Source: an uncultured Prevotella sp.
GTDB taxonomy: Bacteria > Bacteroidota > Bacteroidia > Bacteroidales > Bacteroidaceae
DNA length: 64,000 bases
Reading direction: 5' to 3'
Assembly: GCA_946186945.1 (NCBI GenBank)
Contig: CAMHPC010000001.1
Location: 28,555-92,554, forward strand
In this document: piece by piece, positions 52,847 to 62,294 of the stretch
Position numbering within the stretch: the first letter of the stretch is position 1
How the letters are laid out: every line of letters starts with the position of its first letter
Notes under the pieces: model-generated
What the model was told of the DNA's origin: nothing
The model's input: only the letters and a program-made list of their open reading frames with translations
Database searches by the model: none
Translations under genes and position numbers: made by a program

Positions 52847-53809
52847 ATGAGAACGATATATCTCAGCAGTCAGCCTGATGTGGAGGGTGCTCCTGCAGCC
52901 GCCACCATCGGGTTTTTTGACGGTGTACACCGCGGACACCGTCAGTTGCTCGCCCAGGTGTGCGCCGAGGCACATGAGCGACGACTGACGTCCATGGCGG
53001 TCACCTTCGACTCTCACCCACGTGCCGTGCTCCGTGCTGACTATCAGCCGCAGTTGCTCACACCTCTCGACGAGAAACTGCAACTGCTCTCCACCACAGG
53101 CATCGATGTGTGCGTGGTGCTGCCCTTCACCACTGAGTTGGCGGCTCTCACGGCACAGCAGTTTATGCAACAGGTGCTCGCACGCCGACTGCATGTGCAG
53201 CACCTGGTGGTGGGCTACGACCACCGCTTCGGTCACGACCGCACCGAGGGCGTCGACCACTACCGCCGCTATGCCGAGGCACTGGGCATGTCGCTCTCCA
53301 CAGCACCTGCCTTGTTGCACAAGGGGGAGGCAGTGAGCAGTTCACGTGTCAGACGACTGCTCGCCGAGGGTATGATAGACCATGCCACAGACTGCCTGGG
53401 ACATCCCTACACCATCACAGGTACAGTGGTGCCAGGATACCAGAAGGGCAGACAATTGGGGTTTCCCACTGCCAATATCCAGGTGGACGACCCATGCAAA
53501 CTGCTGCCACAGCGCGGTGCCTATACCGTGAAGGTGAGGATGGGCGAGGGTGAACCCATGCTCAGGGCTGTCATGAACATAGGCATGCGCCCCACCTTCC
53601 AGGGCGACCACGTCACTATCGAGGTGCATATCATGGATTTCCACGAGCAGATATACGGCAGGCAGATTACGGTGGAGTTCTGTCACCGCCTGCGCCAGGA
53701 GCGGCAGTTCTCCTCTCCCGACGCCCTGGCATCGCAGTTGCGAGCCGATGTGCGCATGGCAAACGAACAGTTTGAACACGACTCAGAAAATAATCAGGAA
53801 CAACAGTAA
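52847..53809 (+). CDS. ribF: Bifunctional riboflavin kinase/FAD synthetase
   Basis: Motifs GFFDGVHRGH, VSSSRVR and GRQLGFPTAN. Confidence 0.97.
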   Translation: MRTIYLSSQPDVEGAPAAATIGFFDGVHRGHRQLLAQVCAEAHERRLTSMAVTFDSHPRAVLRADYQPQLLTPLDEKLQLLSTTGIDVCVVLPFTTELAALTAQQFMQQVLARRLHVQHLVVGYDHRFGHDRTEGVDHYRRYAEALGMSLSTAPALLHKGEAVSSSRVRRLLAEGMIDHATDCLGHPYTITGTVVPGYQKGRQLGFPTANIQVDDPCKLLPQRGAYTVKVRMGEGEPMLRAVMNIGMRPTFQGDHVTIEVHIMDFHEQIYGRQITVEFCHRLRQERQFSSPDALASQLRADVRMANEQFEHDSENNQEQQ

Positions 53810-53822
53810 GGAACAACAGTTT

Positions 53823-54629
53823 ATGAAACGGGCTTTTATTTATCTCATCACTTTCGTCGCCATACAGTTCATAGTCACCTACGCTGTCATCATACCATGG
53901 CTGGCGAGTGGCGAGGGTGGTCTCTCGCAGACTCTCTCCTCTATAGCGGAGGGCAATATACAGTTCACTGCACCCATGCTGCTGGTCACCTCTACTGCCT
54001 ATAGCGTGGTCACCCTCATCGTCTTCCTCTGGGCGCGCTGGTGCCGTCTGTCGCCCACCTACCTGCGCACGCGCCCGTGGGGTGTGTGCTTCTGGGTGGC
54101 TATAGCAGCCCTGGGCACCCTGCTGCCCTCGCAGGCTTTTCTGGAGTGGCTCGATTTGCCCGACCTCAACGCCGACCTCTTTGCACAGATGCTCTCCTCA
54201 CCCTGGGGATACGTGTCGCTCTGCCTGCTGGCTCCCTTGGCAGAGGAGGTGGTGTTTCGCGGTGCCATACTGCGGTTGCTGCTCTCTTCATTGCGCTCTC
54301 CGTGGGTGGCGATAGCCCTGTCGGCACTCTGCTTCTCACTGGTGCATGCCAACCCCGCACAGATGCCACATGCCTTCCTCATCGGCATACTCATGGGATG
54401 GATGTATTACCGTACAGGCAGCATCCTCCCCGGTGTGCTGCTCCACTGGGTGAACAACACTGCGGCATACGTGTCGGTTAATATTATGCCGGGCATGAAT
54501 GATATGACCCTGCAAGAGGTGTTTGGCTCCACCCAGAAGGTTCTCATGGCTGTGGGCTTCTCGCTGTGTCTGCTGCTGCCTGCCCTCTTCCAGTTGAACC
54601 AGCGCATGCATCCTGCCGACCGCTCATAG
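53823..54629 (+). CDS. CPBP/Abi family intramembrane metalloprotease
   Basis: EEVVFRG, FSLVH, LHWVNN and multiple TM helices. Confidence 0.92.
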   Translation: MKRAFIYLITFVAIQFIVTYAVIIPWLASGEGGLSQTLSSIAEGNIQFTAPMLLVTSTAYSVVTLIVFLWARWCRLSPTYLRTRPWGVCFWVAIAALGTLLPSQAFLEWLDLPDLNADLFAQMLSSPWGYVSLCLLAPLAEEVVFRGAILRLLLSSLRSPWVAIALSALCFSLVHANPAQMPHAFLIGILMGWMYYRTGSILPGVLLHWVNNTAAYVSVNIMPGMNDMTLQEVFGSTQKVLMAVGFSLCLLLPALFQLNQRMHPADRS

Positions 54630-55143
54630 ACAGCAAGCGGCGCACGCCCTCGCTGATGGAGCGCAAACCGAAGTCAGCCGGGCACAACTCCTCTCTTCTC
54701 AGCCACATACACTCGGCGGCATCGTCGCATGCCGTCACCACACTGTCGTCTGCCACACGGCAACGGAAAAACAGGTCTATGGTGGGTATGGTCATGCCAC
54801 CATACTCATACGTGTTGGGCAGACTCCACAGATACTCCACATGGGTCACCTCCAGTCCCGTCTCTTCACGCACCTCTCTTGCCACACCTTCCTCTGCCGT
54901 CTCGCAGAAGTCTATAAACCCGCCCGGCAGGTCCAGTGTGCCCTTGGCAGGCGACTTGGCTCTGCGGGTCACCAGCCACTCGCCTCGGCTGTTCTCTATC
55001 AGTGCCACAGTAGAACCGCTGGCATTCAGGTAATACACGAAACCGCAGTCTTCACACCGGCGGCTCCGCTCGTCATTGTCGGTAAATCTCGCACTGCCAC
55101 ACTTGGGGCAATGACTGAAGATGTGTAGTGGATGGGTCTTCAT
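54544..55143 (-). CDS. NUDIX hydrolase with N-terminal Zn ribbon
   Basis: CPKC...CEDC and Nudix box GGFIDFCETAEEGVAREVREETG. Confidence 0.92.
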   Translation of the reverse strand: MKTHPLHIFSHCPKCGSARFTDNDERSRRCEDCGFVYYLNASGSTVALIENSRGEWLVTRRAKSPAKGTLDLPGGFIDFCETAEEGVAREVREETGLEVTHVEYLWSLPNTYEYGGMTIPTIDLFFRCRVADDSVVTACDDAAECMWLRREELCPADFGLRSISEGVRRLLSMSGRQDACAGSTGRGQAAADTARSPQP

Positions 55144-55226
55144 TTTTATAAGTTTTCTTCTTTTATCTGCTACGTAGTTTGCAATATTAGCAATTTTATT
55201 CTATCTTTGCAAATAAAAACTAAATT

Positions 55227-56048
55227 ATGAAAAATAGAATTGCAATGATGATGCTGTTTCTGCTCTTTGGGGCAGGAGTGATGGCGCAACGTGTATACGA
55301 GACACCTCTCTATCCCGATGGACCACGCAAGAGCAGCAGCGACCCCTCCGACACCGCCAAGGTGTGGATATACTTGCCCGAGGCACGCGTCAATACAGGA
55401 CGGGCAGTGGTCATCTGCCCGGGTGGGGCATACCACCACCTCGCACTCCAGCACGAGGGACATGAATGGGCTTCGTTCTTTGCCAACCAAGGCATCGCTG
55501 CCGTGGTGCTGAAATACCGTATGCCACACGGCAACCCCGAGATTCCAATAGCCGACGCCGAGGCTGCCATACGACTGGTCAGACACAATGCACAGTCGTG
55601 GCACGTGAATACCGACCAGGTGGGTATCATGGGCTTCTCTGCCGGCGGACACCTGGCTGCCACCGTGGCAACACAGGCTAAAAAGGAGGCGGCACCCAAC
55701 TTCCAGATACTCTTCTATCCCGTCATCACCATGATGCACGGATTTACTCATGAGGGCTCGCACAACAACCTGCTGGGTAAAGGGGCGAAAAAGAGGGTGG
55801 AGAAGGACTATAGCGCCGACCAACAGGTCACACGCATGACACCAAGGGCATGGATAGCCCTCTGCGACGACGACGATGTGGTGCTGCCTGCCAATGGGGT
55901 CAACTACTACACCGAACTCTACCGGCATGACGTGAGGGCTTCACTGCACGTCTATCCCGACGGAGGACATGGATGGGGCTCAAACCTTAGTTTCAAATAT
56001 CACCTCGAAATGATCATGGACCTCAAGGCATGGTTGAATTCTTTCTAG
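55227..56048 (+). CDS. Secreted alpha/beta hydrolase (esterase)
   Basis: Signal peptide, PGGAY, GFSAGG and GGHGWG. Promoter TATCTTTG at 55202-55209. Confidence 0.9.
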   Translation: MKNRIAMMMLFLLFGAGVMAQRVYETPLYPDGPRKSSSDPSDTAKVWIYLPEARVNTGRAVVICPGGAYHHLALQHEGHEWASFFANQGIAAVVLKYRMPHGNPEIPIADAEAAIRLVRHNAQSWHVNTDQVGIMGFSAGGHLAATVATQAKKEAAPNFQILFYPVITMMHGFTHEGSHNNLLGKGAKKRVEKDYSADQQVTRMTPRAWIALCDDDDVVLPANGVNYYTELYRHDVRASLHVYPDGGHGWGSNLSFKYHLEMIMDLKAWLNSF

Positions 56049-56077
56049 GCTATTCTAGGTGATTCTAGGCTGTTCTA
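56043..56077. repeat. 10-bp tandem repeat TTCTAGGyKR, about 3.5 copies
   Basis: ttctaggcta ttctaggtga ttctaggctg ttcta. Confidence 0.8.
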
Positions 56078-56117
56078 AAACTAAGTATTATTATTATTCA
56101 CTAATTTTTTTACCATT

Positions 56118-56612
56118 ATGAAAAAACTATTTGTTTTATTCCTGATGTGCGTAGCCACTTCCATGGCATTTGCACAGAGTTCTATTGTGATTGCCGGCGA
56201 CCGTGTGGTGCCTCGCAGCCAACCTTCTGAGGCTTACAAGATGCTCAACAGCAGTATCCGCTTCTATACTGGCGACAGACTCAACTGCGGCGGTATGGTG
56301 AACGGTTACTATGAGGTCTACTACAAGGGCAACACCTATTACATCCCTCAGCAGTATGGACGTCCGCGCGGTGGCAGCAATAATGCTCCCAGCAAGAAGC
56401 ATCATGGCGACATCTCTCAGATTGTGATTGCTGGCGACCGTGTGGTTCCCCGCAGCCAACCCTCTGAGGCTTACAAGATGCTCAACAGCAGCATCCGCTT
56501 CTACACTGGCGACAGACTGAGATGCGGCGGTATGGTGAACGGATACTATGAGGTGTACTACAAGGGTAATACCTATTACATTCCTGAGCAGTACGGTAGA
56601 GCCAGATACTAG
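56118..56612 (+). CDS. Secreted protein with two near-identical ~60-aa SH3b-like domains
   Basis: Signal peptide (AFA-Q), then repeats starting at 56184 and 56421: VVPRSQPS...GYYEVYYKGNTYYIP. Confidence 0.8.
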   Translation: MKKLFVLFLMCVATSMAFAQSSIVIAGDRVVPRSQPSEAYKMLNSSIRFYTGDRLNCGGMVNGYYEVYYKGNTYYIPQQYGRPRGGSNNAPSKKHHGDISQIVIAGDRVVPRSQPSEAYKMLNSSIRFYTGDRLRCGGMVNGYYEVYYKGNTYYIPEQYGRARY

Positions 56613-56626
56613 ACTCTAAGAAGGAC

Positions 56627-56656
56627 TAGGCTATCCTAGATTTCTAGGATAGCCTA
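56627..56656. terminator. CTAG-containing hairpin between convergent genes
   Basis: taggctatcctag-attt-ctaggatagccta, a 13-bp perfect stem. Confidence 0.7.
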
Positions 56657-56663
56657 TAATCTT

Positions 56664-59600
56664 CTATAATCCCTTTGAGACGGCCACTTTGTGGCCGTTT
56701 ATTATGTATATGCCTGGGGGCAGAGAGATGATGCCCTGTCCATGGCTGCGCACCTTGCGACCATCAATGCTGTACACATCATCCACCAGCGAGGGCAGCA
56801 CTCCGGCAGGAATGGTCTCTATGCCCGTCACACCGTCGAAGAGCAGACGGAATTGCGAGGGCTGTGCACCTGACGGCAGTGTGAAGATACTGCGGAACTG
56901 GAGGCCACCTGTCGTCTGCTCCAGCTCTGGCTCATCACCTTCTGTCATGGTGTATGCTGCATCGTCCAGCCATCTGAGCACAGCCTGCATGCTTACCTCA
57001 CCCTTGTTTATTGTATTCTCTACAAATGAGATCTCGCCGTTTGCGGTCTTCCATTTGCACTCTCCCTCGGTGGTATAGATCACGTACGGCCTGCCGGCTT
57101 CCAGTGTGTTAACCTGTTTGAAGAAGATATTTCCTGTATCGCCGTCTTTCTCATAGCGGTCGTAACAATATGCACTGATGCCTTCGGGCACAGTACTGTT
57201 GAAAGGTAGTGAGAGGGTGGTATAGCCGCCGTTGAGAGTCCTCACGTAGCGTACATCGTTGGCTGTCATGTTTATGGTGCTGTGTACCGGTGTGCCGTCG
57301 GTCCACTGTATGTTGCGGGCGCTGTATGAGCTGTCGGTAGCCTTCAGCACCACGTTCTGCGAGTTTGTCACCTGTCTCTCTCTCTCTGCATCGATTATGA
57401 TGATGGCATTGGGGTTGGTGGTGTCAAACGAGGTGCCGTCGTTCATCTGTACGTTGTTCATGTCGTATGCAGTGAGCATGTTGCCATTGTTTGTGTCTAT
57501 CTCGGCAAAGGCGTTCTCATCCCAGGCACCGCTTAGCATGTGTACACCGCGTTCATCTGCACCCAGATCCACGAGTGTGGGAGCGGCGTCGCTGATCTTG
57601 CGCGTGCCATACACCTCAAACTCCCATATGCTGTAGCCCCACACATTGTTGCGGCTCACACCCTGCATACGCACGTAGCGGGCGGGGGTCTCGGCAAAGG
57701 TCATCTCTTCCTCGGCAGGACTGTTCTCCACGGTCTTGATGGTGTTCCATGTTATGCCGTCGGTAGAGGCCTGTAGCAGGTATTTAGTGGCGCGTGCAGC
57801 CTCCCAGTACACCTTCACGCGGTTGATGCTGTACACTGCCTGCAGGTCCACCGTCATGCTCTCGTCATCGTTCACTGCGCTGCCCCAGCGTGTGTCTCTC
57901 CTGCCGTCGGTGGCTTTGTCACCGTCCATCTGGTCGTTCTCCTTAGATGTAGCCACGGTGGGCTTGTTGAGTGCCAGGTTTATGTCGGCATAGTTGCGGC
58001 ACTCCACGTAGATGGTGTCGCTCACGGTGCCCGTCGAGGCTATCACGGCATAACTGCCAGCGCGGTTTATGGTCACTGCGGGTGTGCTTGCGTCTATCTG
58101 TCCGTCGGCGGTGTCGGTCATGTCCTTGCCGCTGTATGTGCATACGCGCCATGTCAGACTTTCCAGTGCCACGGTCATGGGTTCCTTAAACTGGTTCTGG
58201 CCCTCTACGGTCATCGTGGCACTCTCGCCCACTGCCACCTGCATGGTGCGCGGTGCGATGGTCAGGTAGCCGGTGAAGATAGCCTCTTCCACTGCCCAGG
58301 TCTTGGTGGCGTTCCATGTGCCTATGGTGGCAGTCACGGCAGCCTTGGGATAGGTGTTGGGGGTGAACAGTCCCGAGGCGGTCACCGAGCCGTTGGCACT
58401 GCTCCATGTGGGGTTCACTTCCTTCCACTGCTTGCCCACGGTATAGCCACGGGCGTGCAACTGTGTGGCCTCTCCCTGGCGCAGCACGTCACGGTCGGCG
58501 GTCAACTGTATGCCCAGAAGGTCGTCGGCACTGGCATCGGCATACTGACCGAATGCCTGCAGTTCAAAGATTGATATGCCCCACTCCGAGCCGCGTGTTA
58601 TGCCGCGCACCCGCAGGTACCTGCCGTGCGCATCGCCCATGTCTATGGTGTTCCATCCGCTGCTGCTGTTGCTCACCGTCTTCACGGTGGTCCACTGTGT
58701 GCCGTCGGCACTCACCTCTACAGCGTATTTGCTGGCGTAGGCTGCCTCCCACAGTATGCGCACCTGATAGAGTATCACGTCTTTCTGCAGGTCTACCCTT
58801 ATCCATTGGTTGTCTTCTATCTTACTGCCCCAGCGGGTGTTCTCGTCACCGTCCACAGCCTTGTCGCCGCCCATGGCAGCATCGTTCTCGTTGCCCGAAG
58901 TGGTGGTGGGGCAGCGCAGTGCCAGGTTGGGCATGAGCAGGGTGGAGCGTGGGTCTTCCTCATCTGCCACGTCCGCTGTTATCTCGGTATTGTCCAGACT
59001 CTCGTGTCCGCTCACCTTCAGTCGTCGGGCGGGCACTCCTGCCAGTGTGTAGCCGTCGCTGAAGCGCACGTCTATGGCTTGGTCGGTGGGGTTGTATGCC
59101 ATATAGGTCTTCACCCCGTTCTTCTCATACACACGTGCTGTGGGTACCGATGCGGTGATGCTCCAGTTCAGGTCGCCGTACGACAGGTGTGAGTGGGTCA
59201 CGAAGTAGGTTATGCCGTTGGTGTCGTAGGTCTTAAACTCGGGTTCGCCGGCGTTCCAGCACATATCGAAGATGCGTGCTGCCTCAGCAGGGTCCGACCG
59301 TTGCAGATAACTCAGTGCCACGTTGCCCCAGCCGCCGCTGTCGCCCAGGTAGCCGGCATCGGGCCAGCCGTGGTCGCCGCGGTCGCTCTTCAGCCATCCT
59401 CCTATGCGGCGGTCTTTCCACATGCGGGCATAGTCCCAGGCGGCAAACTCCTTGTCCTCAGACAGGTAGTCGAGGGCGGGCGAGATGGGCATCCACTGTA
59501 TGCCCTGCATGTATATGGCATCATAGCCGAAGTAGGTCCACCAGCCCACACCGTGGCAGGTGAGGTTGGAGTTGTAGGGTAGGGGGTCGCCCCAGGTGGT

Positions 59601-61538
59601 CACACCGTCGGTGGTGCTGTTCTCGCGGAAGAGGTCGTAGCGTATGTTGTACTCGTCGCTGCTCGCTGCGGTGTGGAAGGCGTTCATGTCTCTGCCTGCC
59701 TCGCTGTGGCGGTCGAACCAGTATTCGGCGGTGCCGCGTGCTTCGCTCAGCCAACCGAAGATACCGGCATCGCGCATCTCATCGTTTTGCAGTGCCACAC
59801 CCAGCAGGTACAGGCCGCCCCATCCCTGCATCGCCTCCGACGACGACTCCTGGCCGTTGCCGTTGTCATCGCCCATGCCGCCGGCAAAGGAATGGCCTGC
59901 CCAGGGGTCGAAGGTGCGGAAGAGGGGGAAGCGGCTGTCTTCGTGGTCCCAGTTGGCGTAGTCCTTGGCTATGAGGGTGAGTATCTCGCCGTAGTTGTTG
60001 CGGAAGTCATCGTCTACCATCGCCAGCAGGGCGGCAGCGTAGGTGAAGTAGCCATAGTGGAAATGGTGGTCGTTGAAGGTCTCCGAGTCGTAACTCGTGG
60101 CATAGCCCACCATGGCTCCCCAACGGTCGTAGCGGGCGAAGAAGTAGTTGGTCTCGCCAGGGGTGAAGGTGAGCCAGTTGACCAATGCCTCCTTCAGTTT
60201 GCTGCGGCACTCCTCGAAGAGGGCTTTCTCGCCCATCTCACGCGCGAACATCATGTTCAGTGCCATCTGTGTCAGTCCCTTGCCGCCCCAGTAGGTGTCG
60301 GCGCCGAAGGTGCCCTTCACGGCATAACTCTCCAGCATCCCTCTCATGCGCTCTTTCTGGTAGGCGTTTGCCTCACTGTTGTTCTCCTGTGGCACGGCAT
60401 AGTAGGGCAGCATGCCGTAGAAGCGGTAGTCCACCTCAAAGTCGTTGCCCTTAGCCATCTTCAGCCTTCCGTGGGGTGTGGCATAGGTCTGACCTGTGAG
60501 CGGGAGTTTGCTGCTGCATCCTGTGTCGCGGTACTGGTGGGGCAGGAAGCCCTGCAGCACGGGCAGGGTGGTGGCTGTGGTCACCTCGTCGTCGCCGGGC
60601 ATCTGTGCCCCCTCCTTCAGGTTCTCGGCTGCCACATTCCAGCGGGTGTGCATCACTCCCTGCGCAGCGTCGTACTGCCATGTCACCTTGGTGCTGCGTG
60701 GCACGTTGTATGCCACGTCTGCCATGTCTGCCAGTTGGCCTATGTTGTCTATCAGTGCCACCACTATATACTGTCCGCTGCCGTAGTAGTCCACGGTCAC
60801 ATTGCTGCCGTCTATGGTGATGCTGCTGCGTTGTGGCAGGTATATGCCGTAGAGGTCGTTGCCCAGGCGCATGGCAAAGCGGCTGATGTTGCTCACTTTG
60901 CCGCTCAGGGCATTGCCGTTCTCGTCGAGCACCTGTGGGTTGGTGTAGTCTGCCAATCGTTGGTACGACTGTGCTATGCTTATCTGCGGCACCAGGTTCT
61001 TGGTCTCCACCCAGGTGAAGGGCATGCCGTGCACCATGGTCACGTACATCTCTTTATTGCCGTCGCGCATGGCAAACTGTACGTCCCAGTCGTGCCAGTG
61101 CTCTGCCACGGCACTCTCCGGTGCGAACCCTATGCCTTTCACGCTCACTGTGGTGTTCGAGCGCATCTCCGTGCCGTTGGTCATCCATTGCGAGGGGTAT
61201 TGCACGTCCACTCCGTAGCGTTGTGCCTGCACAAACTGCGGATACGACCACATCCTGCCCGAATAGGGTTGGGTGATGAGGTTGGTCCACCAATCGTTGG
61301 TGGGTATGGGTTGTCCATCACGCTCGTGCAGGTACAGTTTACGATACTGCATGTACTTGCTCTGGTCGCCCACAAATCCCCAGTCGCCGGGCACGTGGTA
61401 GTTGGAGCGGCAGATGCTCAGGGGGGTGTAGGCGGCATAACTGCCCTTGCCCACATTCACTACCTCTTGGGCATGAAGGGTCAGGGCTGTGGCGGCTGCT
61501 AACAGCACGCCCAATGCTTTTCTCTCGATTTCTCTCAT
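56664..61538 (-). CDS. GH81 endo-beta-1,3-glucanase with two F5/8C (CBM32-like) domains and a T9SS CTD
   Basis: PTNDWW, NDHHFHYGYF and QESSSEA; two NLAL...DG...TRWGS domains; C-terminal VYSIDGRKV...GIYIINGHKV. Promoter match at 61573-61580. Confidence 0.9.
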   Translation of the reverse strand: MREIERKALGVLLAAATALTLHAQEVVNVGKGSYAAYTPLSICRSNYHVPGDWGFVGDQSKYMQYRKLYLHERDGQPIPTNDWWTNLITQPYSGRMWSYPQFVQAQRYGVDVQYPSQWMTNGTEMRSNTTVSVKGIGFAPESAVAEHWHDWDVQFAMRDGNKEMYVTMVHGMPFTWVETKNLVPQISIAQSYQRLADYTNPQVLDENGNALSGKVSNISRFAMRLGNDLYGIYLPQRSSITIDGSNVTVDYYGSGQYIVVALIDNIGQLADMADVAYNVPRSTKVTWQYDAAQGVMHTRWNVAAENLKEGAQMPGDDEVTTATTLPVLQGFLPHQYRDTGCSSKLPLTGQTYATPHGRLKMAKGNDFEVDYRFYGMLPYYAVPQENNSEANAYQKERMRGMLESYAVKGTFGADTYWGGKGLTQMALNMMFAREMGEKALFEECRSKLKEALVNWLTFTPGETNYFFARYDRWGAMVGYATSYDSETFNDHHFHYGYFTYAAALLAMVDDDFRNNYGEILTLIAKDYANWDHEDSRFPLFRTFDPWAGHSFAGGMGDDNGNGQESSSEAMQGWGGLYLLGVALQNDEMRDAGIFGWLSEARGTAEYWFDRHSEAGRDMNAFHTAASSDEYNIRYDLFRENSTTDGVTTWGDPLPYNSNLTCHGVGWWTYFGYDAIYMQGIQWMPISPALDYLSEDKEFAAWDYARMWKDRRIGGWLKSDRGDHGWPDAGYLGDSGGWGNVALSYLQRSDPAEAARIFDMCWNAGEPEFKTYDTNGITYFVTHSHLSYGDLNWSITASVPTARVYEKNGVKTYMAYNPTDQAIDVRFSDGYTLAGVPARRLKVSGHESLDNTEITADVADEEDPRSTLLMPNLALRCPTTTSGNENDAAMGGDKAVDGDENTRWGSKIEDNQWIRVDLQKDVILYQVRILWEAAYASKYAVEVSADGTQWTTVKTVSNSSSGWNTIDMGDAHGRYLRVRGITRGSEWGISIFELQAFGQYADASADDLLGIQLTADRDVLRQGEATQLHARGYTVGKQWKEVNPTWSSANGSVTASGLFTPNTYPKAAVTATIGTWNATKTWAVEEAIFTGYLTIAPRTMQVAVGESATMTVEGQNQFKEPMTVALESLTWRVCTYSGKDMTDTADGQIDASTPAVTINRAGSYAVIASTGTVSDTIYVECRNYADINLALNKPTVATSKENDQMDGDKATDGRRDTRWGSAVNDDESMTVDLQAVYSINRVKVYWEAARATKYLLQASTDGITWNTIKTVENSPAEEEMTFAETPARYVRMQGVSRNNVWGYSIWEFEVYGTRKISDAAPTLVDLGADERGVHMLSGAWDENAFAEIDTNNGNMLTAYDMNNVQMNDGTSFDTTNPNAIIIIDAERERQVTNSQNVVLKATDSSYSARNIQWTDGTPVHSTINMTANDVRYVRTLNGGYTTLSLPFNSTVPEGISAYCYDRYEKDGDTGNIFFKQVNTLEAGRPYVIYTTEGECKWKTANGEISFVENTINKGEVSMQAVLRWLDDAAYTMTEGDEPELEQTTGGLQFRSIFTLPSGAQPSQFRLLFDGVTGIETIPAGVLPSLVDDVYSIDGRKVRSHGQGIISLPPGIYIINGHKVAVSKGL

Positions 61539-61751
61539 TGGTCAGTATTTTGATTACAATTGATTTCCTCTGCAAAATTAGTATTGTGGTGTGCTTCCTT
61601 CCAAAAAATTCACCTCACAAAATACTCACTTTTCGTTATTTGTGGCTGATAAATGTATATCAAAGGCTCGACAAGGTATTCCACAACTGATAAATTGCCC
61701 TTGGGAGTCAACTATTTCGAATAGTATCAGGGTTTTATGTAGCTTATAATT

Positions 61752-61807
61752 CGCTCCGAAGGGGCAATGAGCGCAAAGCCCATGGTGCTGCCCTGGGCTT
61801 GGTGCTC
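61752..61807. repeat. Degenerate REP-like palindromic element
   Basis: cgctccgaaggggc plus the hairpin gagcgc-aa-agccca...tgggct-tg-gtgctc; resembles Bacteroidales gccctgaaagggc/agcccagggc..gccctggg repeats (recalled, not searched). Confidence 0.45.
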
Positions 61808-61840
61808 GTTCTAACCATGCAGTTAAAAATTATGGCAAAC

Positions 61841-61994
61841 AAAAAAGGTGCTCATTCACATGAACACCTTCCCCTTTAAAACCGTTGCAATATTAACTTA
61901 AACATGATAAAACTACTAACATTCAAAACTTACCTAAAACATTATATCTTGCAAAATGAAATTTCTAAATGATAAAGCCGATCCGCTGATTGAC
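61841..61994 (-). ncRNA. Candidate small RNA of about 150 nt
   Basis: -7 promoter TATCTTTG (61999-62006), terminator GGUGUUCAU-GUGA-AUGAGCACC-U6, no ORF over 9 aa, and motifs shared with the 13.2-kb locus. Confidence 0.55.
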
Positions 61995-62235
61995 GATGCA
62001 AAGATAGCATGGAAAATGCTGTCAAAACAAATATATAGGTACACTAAAACCTCACTTTATACCTCAAAATCTGCCTAAAATCTTTCATTTTTCTATATTT
62101 TATGCCATATCATTCTATATTACCAGTTCCTGGAAACCCACTGTTTATCGTGGTTTTCATGCTTCTCAGACCTTTGTGAGTCCACTTTTTCACTCATATA
62201 CGTTTTTTATCAGTTTTTCACTCTCCTTTTCAATG

Positions 62236-62270
62236 AAAAACCCCCTCTCTCCAAGGTCGGAGGGAGGGGG
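62236..62270 (-). terminator. Intrinsic terminator after the YxxP peptide gene
   Basis: Arms ccccctctctcc/ggagggaggggg plus U5 on the minus strand. Confidence 0.8.
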
Positions 62271-62294
62271 AATATAGATGCTTTTTGGGACGTT

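Noticed and set aside
56043-56077. Possible CRISPR array
   Set aside because: 10-bp units with no spacers and no cas genes.
59673-61502. 609-aa plus-strand ORF
   Set aside because: Antisense shadow of GH81; the V/H/G-rich composition is typical of reverse-frame translation.
62132-62158. Small imperfect inverted repeat gaaacccac/gtggttttc
   Set aside because: Short, imperfect and without supporting context; could be chance.
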